This document shows, piece after piece, positions 11,337 through 22,168 of a DNA stretch of 64,000 bases. Below the pieces are notes generated by a model that was not told where the DNA came from, did no database searches, and saw nothing but the letters and a program-made list of their open reading frames with translations. Source of the DNA: Spizellomyces punctatus DAOM BR117 (taxonomy: Eukaryota); NCBI GenBank assembly GCA_000182565.2, contig KQ257453.1, one strand, 5' to 3'. Each line of letters starts with the position of its first letter. Position 1 is the first letter of the stretch. Both the position numbers and the translations under genes were made by a program.

Positions 11337-13160
11337 CTAGATTAGACTTTCCTTCTCTTGCTGGGCAGGGGTTGGGTCTGTTGCTTTGGCGGTATCGCTT
11401 TTCGAAAGTGGCACGTCCACTTCGGAGGATCCATCAGAGACTGCGGTATTTGCGACCTCCGTGGTTGGCGGCGATACCGCCTCCCCTGCTGTGCCTGGGA
11501 TTGAATATGGTATTGTTCCACTGTTTGATCCATCAGAGGTCGGTTTAGGGGACAATGATTCCTTGGTTGTACTGGCATCTTCTTGACCTGCGTCCATAAG
11601 ATCTCCGGTACCGCCTGCCGGGACCTCTTCTCGTCGCTTTCGTTCCTCCTCCATACTGGACAAACTGAGGGCCATCGCCAACTGTAGCTCAAAATCTTCC
11701 ATTTCCGCCTCCTGCTGTCGCGACAGCTCACCCGTGGGTCTTGTAGGAGGTGAAGGGGTAGCACGGGGTTCTTCGCCAAGTCCCGGAACAGGACTTAGTG
11801 GAGAAACCGTCGGTGACGCTTCCATCATCCACTGTTCATTTGCGGTCTGTGGCCCAGTCGTTTTTATGTTTCCAGGATAGGAATTTACGTTCTGCCCCGA
11901 TTGTTGCCTCGGCGGCAATGGCGGTCTATTCTTTCCCGTCTGCCCGTCATTTTCTTCTTCATCGCTGTCCGCCATCACCTGATTGACGAATCCGTCCACT
12001 TTTCCTGCTGCCTGCTCACCAAATATCTTCGCCTCCCTGATTAACGTATTAAACCACCCTGATGTCGATGTGTATACTTTGGAAGCTAGTTGCGAAACCT
12101 GTGGAGTCGAGTCTGACCGTTGCATGGATGAGCCTTCGCCTGGTCGCGGAGGAAGGTCCTTTGCCACCCCGTATTTCACCTTTTCTTCATCACTCAATGT
12201 CAAGCTCTTTGGAGACATGTTGTAAATGAAACTGACAGCGCTCATCATATTCGTCAAGCAAAACTGATTCGGCCCTTTCTCGAGCTCGGTCTGATTCCGA
12301 AACCGCATGATGTACTTGATGTTGCCGATCAGGTTGGGGGGATTGGCGCGAACAATTGTCAAAATGAGGGTGGGAAGAAGATGGTCGTTTCCGGCATTCT
12401 CGTCCGATGCTTTGCGGATAAGATCTGCAACGATTTGCGTAGTGTTATGTAGAATCACAAGTTTGTCACGGGGAGCGCGAAACCCATTCAAGCGAAGAAG
12501 CTCAGCTTGGGCAACCTCCAGGTTGTGATGAAAGGAAAATGGAAGATCCAAGTGATGTTCCTAAGGTTGATATCAATATGGATGTTCCACAATGAATCAT
12601 GACAGTAGATTTGACACTTACTTGGAGCCACTGGAACGTCTCAATCTTCCGTTGTAAATGAAGTCCCATTTTCACGTCATCAGTACCCGGTGCCCCAAAC
12701 ACTTGATCATAAATGTTCATCATCACGAGCTGTAGAGTTACGGTTATATAATCGCACTTGAACGCTGACGGATGACACTCCTATTACCTTTTCCCACCCT
12801 TCCCGGATGTTCTCCAACTCAGCATCTTCTGCAGCCTCTGCGAATAGCTCGTTCTATCCATATTGCCAGTGTCAGAACGCGCTCAACCATTAGGGCGTTT
12901 CGGGTGACAGCCTATAACAGCTCACGAACCTGCAAAGATTCGCCATATATAAAGTGTAAAAAGCTGGCCACCAGCTTTCGTTGCTGCATTATGGGGCGGC
13001 GTTCCGAGTTGAATCGTGCCAAAAACCTAATAGTCACCTGTTTTCAGCACTGCGTGCCTGAGTACGACATCCTTGGTAAGAAATACCCTCGAAAATGGTT
13101 CATTAGCGGCGACGCTTCCTTTTGTCGCAGCTGGTTCAGGAAATGCTCGTAGTCAACCAT
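11337..13160 (-). CDS. VPS9: VPS9-domain Rab5 guanine nucleotide exchange factor, multi-exon
   Basis: N-terminal MVDYEHFLNQLRQKEASPL; VPS9 core APRDKLVIL, GNDHLLPTLI, RANPPNLIGNIKYIMRFR, FCLTNMMSAVSFI; UIM-like motif in the tail. Confidence 0.85.
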
Positions 13161-13403
13161 TCCGCCTCCTCGTTGTCTTCAAAATCGCAAGTGGTTCTTT
13201 ATCCTCAAAAGTATACGATAATTTCAATAAAAGTATGCAAAAGATGAAATGGGCTTCGTTCAGCTTTGGGGCCTCGCATGCCACACCGTGTCATGTCATG
13301 TGCATTAGCATGCACTCGAACCGAGTCAAATCGGTGCTTACGCGAGAGCCGATCAACCTCTCGTTCCCAACCATCTTTGACCACCACCGTTTCTTCTTTA
13401 TCC

Positions 13404-14540
13404 ATGAACGCGGGAAGACGTCGACCATGGGCCCACACGGTGGGTGAAGATGCTGTGCTTGAGCATATCTTCAAGAAGTTGTCGACTTCTGCTACGGAAA
13501 GTGAACCCGAGTCCTCCGCGTCCGATGCTTTGCCAGAAGCTTCTCCGCTTTCTTGGCGATCTAGACGCCATGACGTGCAGCTTCCGCAGCCTCCCAAGCC
13601 GCCATTGCCCTGGTGGAACCTGTTAATGGATGACGCTTACATGTGCCGAGAAATGGTCATTACACACTGTATCGAGCAAAAGTTTGTTGGGTTATGGGTG
13701 TCCATCAGGAACCTTGAAGAGTTAGCGGAAGCGCCTAGTTTGGAGGACCCCGACCTTGCGATGCCGCCTTCGTCGTCTCAAGCCGCATATTTCAGCAAAA
13801 GAATTATCAGGAACCCGGAAGATACGCCCGATACGGAAAACGACGACCGCGTGTCTCGACGACTCTGCGCAAAATGGTCACTCCCTAACCCTACGGCCAC
13901 AGTGCCTGAGCTTAACAACAGGCAATCGACAGTACCAGAAGCAGACTACAGGAACAAGCGCGCTCAAAATTCCTTTGACCATCAAGAAACTCCTTCTTCG
14001 ACTCCCGGCCGTTATATGATTGATTCACCTGAAATCGCGACTGCGTCTATGCGTGACGCGACCAATAGACGCGCATCATTCTCGACCCCTTCATTTGAAT
14101 CAACAGATGATACAGATGAAGTCCTAATATCCGTTGAGCGGTCAGCGGAACGACCAGGTGGACGTTACAAGAATGCGATGAAAGCGTCTCAACAACCAAA
14201 CCATTTGAGTGCTCATCCCAAGGAAAAACCACAGAATCTCCTTCAGCAACGCGTTGAAGAGCTACCGAGGCTCCCTATCACCTCAACAGATACAGTTGCG
14301 CCCAGAAATGCAGAGGTAGCTGCCGTCTTTGTCCAAATCAGGCCAGAGCAGGCGCCTGAGCAAGTAGGTCTAGGAATGGGTCCATGTGAAGGCGCTGCGG
14401 AACTCATGGCGTGGATGGTTGCTGGAAAGAATCTTGAAGAAGCCTTTGAGAAATGGTGTGGAAAGTTTATTACTCTATATCACCGAAAAAAGAAAGGTTC
14501 TCATTCGCCTGTTGGAACAAAGATTGCCATGGGCTGGTGA
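13404..14540 (+). CDS. Hypothetical protein, apparently intronless and largely disordered
   Basis: Open frame of more than 370 codons from ATG 13404, divergent from VPS9; no family motif recognised. Confidence 0.55.
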   Translation: MNAGRRRPWAHTVGEDAVLEHIFKKLSTSATESEPESSASDALPEASPLSWRSRRHDVQLPQPPKPPLPWWNLLMDDAYMCREMVITHCIEQKFVGLWVSIRNLEELAEAPSLEDPDLAMPPSSSQAAYFSKRIIRNPEDTPDTENDDRVSRRLCAKWSLPNPTATVPELNNRQSTVPEADYRNKRAQNSFDHQETPSSTPGRYMIDSPEIATASMRDATNRRASFSTPSFESTDDTDEVLISVERSAERPGGRYKNAMKASQQPNHLSAHPKEKPQNLLQQRVEELPRLPITSTDTVAPRNAEVAAVFVQIRPEQAPEQVGLGMGPCEGAAELMAWMVAGKNLEEAFEKWCGKFITLYHRKKKGSHSPVGTKIAMGW

Positions 14541-14933
14541 TTGAACAGATGTGAGTCGTGAAGGCAGCAGGTATGCGGTCTTGTCAATTGGACTTAAGGG
14601 GCAAGATGAGCGGACTCCCTTTGCATTAGTGTCGGGCTTCCAGGAGAGTCCTGGCGATACATATGCTACATCTGTTGGTTTGTGTTTTTTTATAGTTGCA
14701 AAGGACTCTGGTTGACATCACTGTGGGTACGATGAAACCGAGCCTGATTGTAATGTGCCATTGAGATAACGAGTCCAAGCTGAACAATAGACAAAAATGG
14801 TTCCTAAAGGCTTGCCATGCGAAGTCGAAAACCTAATGCTTCCTCAGGATTAAAATCCGGATCTATTCGTCTATGCCAGTCCACACGGGTAGTTCCAAGC
14901 ATATTTAAGCGAAATAACTATCGTAATCAAATT

Positions 14934-16544
14934 CTATTCCCGTGTTCTACCACACGCTTCGCATATCCATGCAGTGTAAGAGTGCCTTGATCGTACCTTA
15001 TTCTGGTCAAGGTTCCTGAATATCGCTTCCATGTCGTCAGATAAGCGGTCCAGCGTCCGCTTGAAATCGGCATCGCCCTGGGTTATCGCGCGATACGATG
15101 CAAGTTGTTGCGTAAATGCTACCATAATTACCGAGAGAACAAAGTGGTCGACACTTTGACGCGAGGAACATGAGTCTTCGATGTGCGTCTTGCTTGTGTC
15201 CAGTATATTGCTGAGCACGTCAATACGGTCGCGAATGTCATCCGGTGTTAAGGAATGGATAGCCGTATCTCGCAATGAAATAAGGCGTTGCGCTACATCG
15301 TGAAGTGGGTGGTCCTGGCCTTCGACGAATTTGCGCCCACCGGCCCTCTTCATTAAGGGAGCTGGAACAAACCAACCGCGGCAACCATCACGGCGACATA
15401 ACAGCTTGTCTAATCCAGTGTCAACAACCTGGTCAGGTTTGTCGCGTTCCGCTGCACATCGCTGGCAATCGCATTTGAAGAAAAACAATTGCTCCAGATT
15501 TTGCCGACGCGATATCCCAGTTGTTCCAGCTTCACCGTCCAACGCCACGTACGAGATAAGCGCCTCGTCGCCTTTTTGCAGGGTTCTAGTCGCGTAGAAT
15601 ACCATTTCAGCACAATCTGCTGCATCAAGGCCGCCGCGCTCTGGAGGTATAGCTGCATGTCGCGTCACATGTCCAATATTTGGCACACAGGAATGATTGA
15701 AGAATACTGCCAATGGATATAATGCCAACGCGTAACCTTGTCGGGGAAAGCGATGGCCCTTGTAGGAAAACGTGTACAGACCAAATGAATTACACTCTTC
15801 TTTGAGGATAAGGTCAAGGAGGGATGCTTCTAATGGGGGCAGTGGGTCAATATATGAGAGCAGATCTGACGGAGCTGGGGCAGGTAATAACGTATGCTCA
15901 AATGAATCAGGAAGTTTAGCGGCAGGAATCAGATACGATCGGACAAAACGTGCAAGTGAGCGAGCAACGGAAATGAAATGCGGCATCTTGTCGGGGGGAA
16001 ATAGATGAGAATTTGAACATAGTTCCCATACGTCGGCGAACGTGCCCGTCGATGGTTTGTCGATGGGTGAGCTAGTTGATGGAGGCGACGGTACTTGGTT
16101 CATTCCCGCTTGCACCTCTCTTGTCCGTTTCGTCAATACACGCATGAGGAGCCACATGTAGTCTAGGGTGTAACTATCGAATTCCTCTCGATTGGGTACC
16201 GAGACTTCCTCCCCACTGCCTAGATCATTCACTCGGGGAGCTGGCATCCCTAGCATAAGATCCTTCATAAATGTGCACTCGACCGCGTGAAATGTGCCCC
16301 AGTCTGCCTCTGCACATCTTGAAGAACAATAAAAGGCTTGCTGGCATTCTGCACACGATACCTCCAATTCCTTTGACCCATGAGCAAGGCGCAAACAGTA
16401 GGCGCAGACATGCCGTCGCGATCCGCAATCCGGGATTGCAGCGTAAGGTTTTGTGCGGAGAACGACTGAACCAGGAGGGACAGTTCGCGTGGCGATGAAA
16501 CTTCGGCCTTTGTGATCTTGAACGGCGACGGTGAGCGGCGACAT
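14934..16544 (-). CDS. SET and MYND domain (SMYD-like) lysine methyltransferase, intronless
   Basis: KGRSFIATR, MYND finger CAYC...CAECQQAFYCSSRC...H...C, FFNHSCVPN, GDEALISY, post-SET FKCDCQRC. Confidence 0.88.
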   Translation of the reverse strand: MSPLTVAVQDHKGRSFIATRTVPPGSVVLRTKPYAAIPDCGSRRHVCAYCLRLAHGSKELEVSCAECQQAFYCSSRCAEADWGTFHAVECTFMKDLMLGMPAPRVNDLGSGEEVSVPNREEFDSYTLDYMWLLMRVLTKRTREVQAGMNQVPSPPSTSSPIDKPSTGTFADVWELCSNSHLFPPDKMPHFISVARSLARFVRSYLIPAAKLPDSFEHTLLPAPAPSDLLSYIDPLPPLEASLLDLILKEECNSFGLYTFSYKGHRFPRQGYALALYPLAVFFNHSCVPNIGHVTRHAAIPPERGGLDAADCAEMVFYATRTLQKGDEALISYVALDGEAGTTGISRRQNLEQLFFFKCDCQRCAAERDKPDQVVDTGLDKLLCRRDGCRGWFVPAPLMKRAGGRKFVEGQDHPLHDVAQRLISLRDTAIHSLTPDDIRDRIDVLSNILDTSKTHIEDSCSSRQSVDHFVLSVIMVAFTQQLASYRAITQGDADFKRTLDRLSDDMEAIFRNLDQNKVRSRHSYTAWICEACGRTRE

Positions 16545-16931
16545 TGTTTTCCTCGACCAGAATACAAAGTCGCACTGGATCAGGATGTCCCAAAATACGT
16601 GACAAGCAACACAGTCTAACGTGAACGTAAACGGGGCAGACCTAGACGAGGTGATGAGCGAAATCTGTGGGGTGTATTAGCTTCTGTGTTCAGACTCGAC
16701 GTCGACTTTAAAGACAAAACCATCACACTTTGATGCCAAGTTCCATAAATTCCAAGGACGCGTCACTCATCGACAGGAGTTGAAAGCAACCAAATATCGA
16801 ACAATCGAAGCATTCCAATAAAAGAAGAATGAACAGTAACGAGGAATGAAATTTCTTATGCGCAAAACGATGTGATGTGTGGACATATCCACAAATATTT
16901 AACAAGACTATTGCATAGTTTACATTGGAGC

Positions 16932-18477
16932 TCATCCACCAAAGCGCTCCAATCTTTTCCGCCTAATGTTCTCGGGGTCCAGGGATTCCGAAGCAGCGGC
17001 TTTAACAAAACAAAACTCTAAAAATGGCGCCCAGGCGCAGCAACAAGAGTATAATAGTTGCACCTACCTGATTCCTGCAAGCTTGCTTGAAGGGCCTCAT
17101 TCATGAGTCTCTCCTCATCTTCTTTCAAACTCTCGTCTATGGCTCGCTTTAATGTCTTCGAGTCTACACCACCCTCCAATAAGCTCTGCTCTAAAGCCCG
17201 CTTGAGGTCCTCGTCTTCAGGATTCCCTGTAGGTATATGTGTAGGCCCATCCATTGGGCCAACTTCTTCACCCAGACTCATAGCGATGGCCCGCGCCAGG
17301 TCATCATCCCCACCAGCAGAAGATCCGACGCCTGTGCCTGTCACTTGCAGACTGCTCTCTGGCTGAGACCGGCCCCCCTTTGTATTGCCCTTGGGAATTT
17401 GTGACGGTGCTGGAACTGGATCGCTAGCAGCGTACAGATCGGCTTCCGACTGCGGAATTGGACCATTCACCACAAAGATGGAGTACCCTTCGTTTTCCAG
17501 CTGTGCTAGTAGAAGGCCCTACGAAAAAATATTATAGACGTTGTTCATCAAAATGCAGAGCGCTTGACACAACTTACAAGGTACGTTTCAGACACGTATT
17601 CGGGACCGTCGAACACAGAGTTCAGGTTATACCATCTATAAAGTGAAAGTAGAGTTCAGTCGAGTCGATGGACTATCACACGCCATACATTAAAGTGCGG
17701 CGCAAATGATACCTCTTTGGCGATCCACCAAATCGGCGCAAAGTAAACCAATGCTCCTGCAAATTACATATAAATGCATTCTCGTTCCTGTTCCGGCATC
17801 AGCAGCAGCAGGAGAGCAGAGTAAGGCGAGATGATCGTGGATATGGAGGGATTGCACTTACGTCGGATCTGTTCGGGCGGCAGTGGCCTGTTGTGACCCA
17901 ATCGCGGTAATATCCAGATTCCAGACCCGTAATGCATTAGATATAACCTGAACCGAAAAAAAGCCTGGCGATAGGACAATGATCTTAATATCTGTGTGCT
18001 TTTGGAAGGTATGAAGAAGGTATGCTTACCGCTATCATCATAGTTTGCTGACCCTTCCTTCAAAAATCGCTGATATTCTTCAGACTCTACACCTCCAACG
18101 TTTCCCTCCGCCATCGCCTGGGGGGTTTTTTTTTCATCACTATATTATGCTTCCCTCCGACGTGTACTAACTCTAGAATTCTCGTACCGTCAGTTCCTGG
18201 GCATCCAGCTGCCTGGCAAGATCAGCCAGATCTACCGCGGTAAAGTAAGACCCTTGCAAGAGTGCATTCAATGCATGTTGAGCACATAGCTGCCCTTCTT
18301 GCTTTGTGAAGGGTTGGAAGGTCATCTGTCAATTCATTGCCTAGAAAAGAAACGCGCTAGATGGTCTACCTTTTCGTGAAAGCTAATAGTTGTTGACGTT
18401 CAAAGAGGAATAGGAGTTGGAATGAATGACAAGCTGAGTCTATCTAGCTGGGCTTACATATACGGATACAAGTCCAT
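16932..18477 (-). CDS. ATXN3: Ataxin-3-like Josephin-domain deubiquitinase with UIMs, multi-exon
   Basis: Spliced MDLYPYI/FHEK/QEGQLCAQHALNALLQG (catalytic Cys), EHWFTLRRFGG (His), WYNLNS (Asn), UIM-like repeats, and last exon ENIRRKRLERFGG*. Includes a 13-nt microexon at about 18370-18382. Confidence 0.88.
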
Positions 18478-18706
18478 GGTAGAGTTTGGATGATGCGATC
18501 GTAGGTGATGACAGTCAACTAGGGTGTCGCTAGCTTCCCGTAAAACGCACGGTGACTTGTCATTTTACCACCGACCACGTAAGCAATCCGGATGACGGGT
18601 CTTTTGGTGGTCTATTCCCGATATAAACGAGCCTACTATTACTCTACTTACAAAACACAACTATGAGAAATCTATAAATCCTATATCCAAGATATTAGAT
18701 ATGGTA

Positions 18707-19822
18707 TCATCCATACAAGTCCAACCAGTCAAGTTCATCCATCTCGCTATCTGGTGCATTAGATCCCGATGATGATTCTGAGCTGGATTTGGCATCCACC
18801 TCTTGGATATGCCACGTTCGACGTTGATGACTCTGTTCGCGTTTATTCCTCACCATAAGCTCATATGCGCCGTCTCCGTCTCTACTAGAGGACGGATCAA
18901 TGTCCACGGCGATAGCATCCCTAAGAGCACTATGAGAAGCACTAGAGTTTGGCGGAAGGTCAGGTGCAGGCTCTGTATCCAACACTTCCACGTTCCCCCA
19001 AATCTCTTCATCCTCCCACCAGTCATCATCATCATCATAATGCTCGTCTTCTGCCGAAGCTACAACAAATGTGCCAGGGCTACGGCGGGGCCGGATATGT
19101 AGGATGGGTTTGGGGGCGCTTGTTCCAGAAAAGGAGAACCACGATCTTCGATGCGATGATGACGGACGACTTTGTGACACAGCGTCTGTGCTTTCGAGTA
19201 CGGGTGGGGACGTGGCGACGGTGGCGATTGAGTACCGTTGGTGTTGTGGAGGTTGCGGGACGACCACAGTGGAGGGAAGAGGTTCATCAGGTGGTGGAGG
19301 AAGGAAGGACACGCGTTGGCTTGAATAGTTCCGCTTGCCTTGAGCATGGTGCGATCCGTCATCGGAGGGTCTCGACAGTATGTTGGAAGGTAGGGCGGGT
19401 ATGCTTGGTATCCTTCCACCCTCGTCCTTGCCAAATTCCGACGCGGTACTCCATCCCGTGGCAAACGATCGTGCTGAATAAACTGACATTCTGTTCCCAA
19501 TGAACATTCTTGACCTTCTCTTTTTCGATGTTACCGCGCCGCTCGACGTTGTTCGTAACCTTGGTCTCCGGCTGTGAACGTGGGCCGTTGTTGTACGCTT
19601 TTTGAGAAAGTGACCAGAAACAACCGAGAACAGTGTAATGCCCAAAGTCATTCCAAGTACAATGAAAGCAAAGAGCAGGCCTGCGTACGTAGTGATTTCA
19701 TGGCGAAAGACGTCAAAGTCTGGTCCAAGCTTCATGCTTTCGGCTATGGCATGTTTAACGTCGTCTGTAATGTTGGGCACATCGCGGCGGATCAAGTGGA
19801 ACGCATGAGGCAATGTTGACAT
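18707..19822 (-). CDS. Hypothetical single-pass membrane protein with Ser/Pro-rich disordered tail
   Basis: 371-aa ORF with hydrophobic helix YAGLLFAFIVLGMTLGITLFSVV followed by a basic stretch. Confidence 0.65.
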   Translation of the reverse strand: MSTLPHAFHLIRRDVPNITDDVKHAIAESMKLGPDFDVFRHEITTYAGLLFAFIVLGMTLGITLFSVVSGHFLKKRTTTAHVHSRRPRLRTTSSGAVTSKKRRSRMFIGNRMSVYSARSFATGWSTASEFGKDEGGRIPSIPALPSNILSRPSDDGSHHAQGKRNYSSQRVSFLPPPPDEPLPSTVVVPQPPQHQRYSIATVATSPPVLESTDAVSQSRPSSSHRRSWFSFSGTSAPKPILHIRPRRSPGTFVVASAEDEHYDDDDDWWEDEEIWGNVEVLDTEPAPDLPPNSSASHSALRDAIAVDIDPSSSRDGDGAYELMVRNKREQSHQRRTWHIQEVDAKSSSESSSGSNAPDSEMDELDWLDLYG

Positions 19823-20493
19823 GATTTCTTTGTGGCTGCTGCTGCCTTTAACACTTTAAAATCGTTGATGCAAAAGTCATGGTTTCCTTTCTTCCATCAA
19901 TCTGCTTTCCCCCCCAAACCTCCCATGCCCTTTTTATTTCAAACACCTTCTTCTTGGCCAGCGCACAAAGGCGTGTCTGTAAGGTTTGTCAACGCGTGGC
20001 GATAAATTGTATCCAATTGTATCCATACATTTTATGCATTCAAATCACATTAACCCAAGCGATCGATGGACGGGAAGCCAGTTGACAGCACACTCTTTTT
20101 TTTTGTTTGAAAATATACGGCATTTTGACAATGCTGTGTAAGTACTTACGTGGTCATTGCTTGAATATCCCCACAAGAATGTTTACCATCCAACGCACAT
20201 ACAATGATTAGGAATCGTACTAGTATAGAGTCCCAAATGGAGTCGACCTTTGAGTTTAAATGGGTTTGAGTGCTGGATCCCTTGAAATTTGGGTGAACCA
20301 CTCGAGCAGCTGGGGCCTCGAAACGTATCCCGCAGTCAAAAGGTGTAAGGGTCGTTCGGAGGGGAGACAGATCGGGCTTGGAACATTCGAGGAGTGAAAT
20401 TGCACACTCGGACTAGAAAAAGAACACTTGTTCCCCAAAAAGGGCGGGGTTCCAAAAAAAAAGAAATGTACATAGTGTTTACAGAAAGTCCGA

Positions 20494-21964
20494 TCATTTT
20501 GGATTAAGAGGCTTAAAGAAAGCAGTGATGGAAGGTGCTGAAGACTTGTTTATTCCTTTCGCACTGCTTTTCTGCACCTTTGGCGTGGGGCTTGTTGGAC
20601 CAACGGATGCATCATTCGCGTGCCCGTGACGTCGCTTTGACGCTGGGGAACAATTTGCATCCGTACTCGAGGACTTGCTTCCTTCCACGCAGTCGTCGGC
20701 ATCATCATGTTTTCGCTTCGCAGCTGTTGACACTGCATCAGCCTCTTCTTGACTGAGCTTCAAAGCAACTTTTAGATCCCGCTCAAATTGCGCTTCTTCC
20801 TTGGCCATATCGTTTTTAGTCTGCTTTCTGGGTGACTCTATTTCTCGCTGACTTGATTGCAGAGCTGCTCGCAACTGCTCTTCATATTCATCATCCTCTG
20901 TCTTGATCTCCACACGCTCCGTTTTGGGTTGTGATGAGGTTACATCCAGTGAATCCTGTGATGACGCTCGCTTCGTGTCAACTGTTTTTTCTTCAAATTT
21001 TTCATGTGATGCCTTTTTGAAGAATCCCAAGAGAGCCTTTTTGGAAGCAGACTCGTCCTGTATTACAATCGGCTTGATGCATTCAATTGAATCATTTCCT
21101 ACTTTCCCTACAAATGACGAAACGGGATGCCTGACGATAGAGCGATATTAATAATGGTGGACCAAACCCTGCTATCCAAAGTTCATTGTTCCTACCATTT
21201 CAAACCATCTTCCGTCGGTCTCATAAGTCTAGAAACTTCTTCAGTAAAGCGTAGCTTCGGATCCAGCCACATATCGATCTCTTCTTCCGACTTTAAAATC
21301 ACCGGCATCCGTTCGTGTAAGAAGGACAATGCTTTGCTAGCATTCGTCGTGATGATGGTGTAGCTCCACACATCCTGTCCCTCAATCACCGCATGATCCC
21401 ACAGACCAGCAAAGCACATGAGCCGTCCCGGCTCTTCCCATTGGACCATATACGGTTGCTTCTCCTTTTTGCCTTTTTTTTGCCATTCATAAAACCCTTC
21501 CGCGATGACAACGCAGCGCTTGACGTGCTTGAGACCGCTCCACATGGATTTAGCTTCTTTAATTTTGTCGTCGCGAGCATTAATCGTCCGCATTGTGAAT
21601 GTGTAGTCGGGCATTGTCTTGTTCCAAGAAGGTATCAATCCCCACTTCTATCGAGTTGGTGAGAGGGTCAAACAATGCGATTTGAGAGTGTGGCATTCTC
21701 GTGGGACATGAATCGCGCTAACCATGCATTGTAACAATCTCTCGCCTTGATGGGCGTCCTTGTCTCTACGAATGACAGGTTGATACCGTGTTGGAGCAAC
21801 TTGCAAACAAGGCTATAGGTTAGATAAAGTGGTGATCTTTGCCAACTGATTTCCCATATACCATTGTAAGACGGGCGATATAATTCTTTGTCTCTCCACT
21901 TTGAAATTCCTGTCCTGTTTTGCACTTGCTGAGGATCTAACGCTAAAGCAGTTCGTCCGCACAT
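20494..21964 (-). CDS. HMCES: SRAP-domain abasic-site processing protein (HMCES/YedK family), multi-exon
   Basis: N-terminal MCGRT with catalytic Cys2, RPSYN, INAR, RCVVIAEGFYEW, FAGLWD, YTIITT, LHERMPVIL. Confidence 0.9.
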
Positions 21965-22168
21965 TTGGAAATGGTGAAGGTTCAGATACATGCAGCTCAC
22001 TGACTCATCACTCCGAGATTTGCGGTCACGTGTGTCATTGGCTGAAGGCCTCTGCAGGCCGTCCACCAAGTTGCGCAAACCACGTCCTACACCTATGCGC
22101 TTCAAGCTCTTGTCCGTTATAGATATATTAATGCTTCTGTACAGGTGAGTGATAAATACAAAAAATAA

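Noticed and set aside
20138-20153. TACTTAC resembling the U1 snRNA 5' end
   Set aside because: Part of the palindrome GTAAGTACTTAC, better explained as a splice donor of a 5'UTR intron; it mismatches ACTTACCTG and I saw no U1 structure.
20250-20470. GC-balanced intergenic stretch ending in an A/T run, considered as a Pol III ncRNA
   Set aside because: No SRP, RNase P/MRP, snRNA or tRNA motifs recognised; an Rfam search would be needed.
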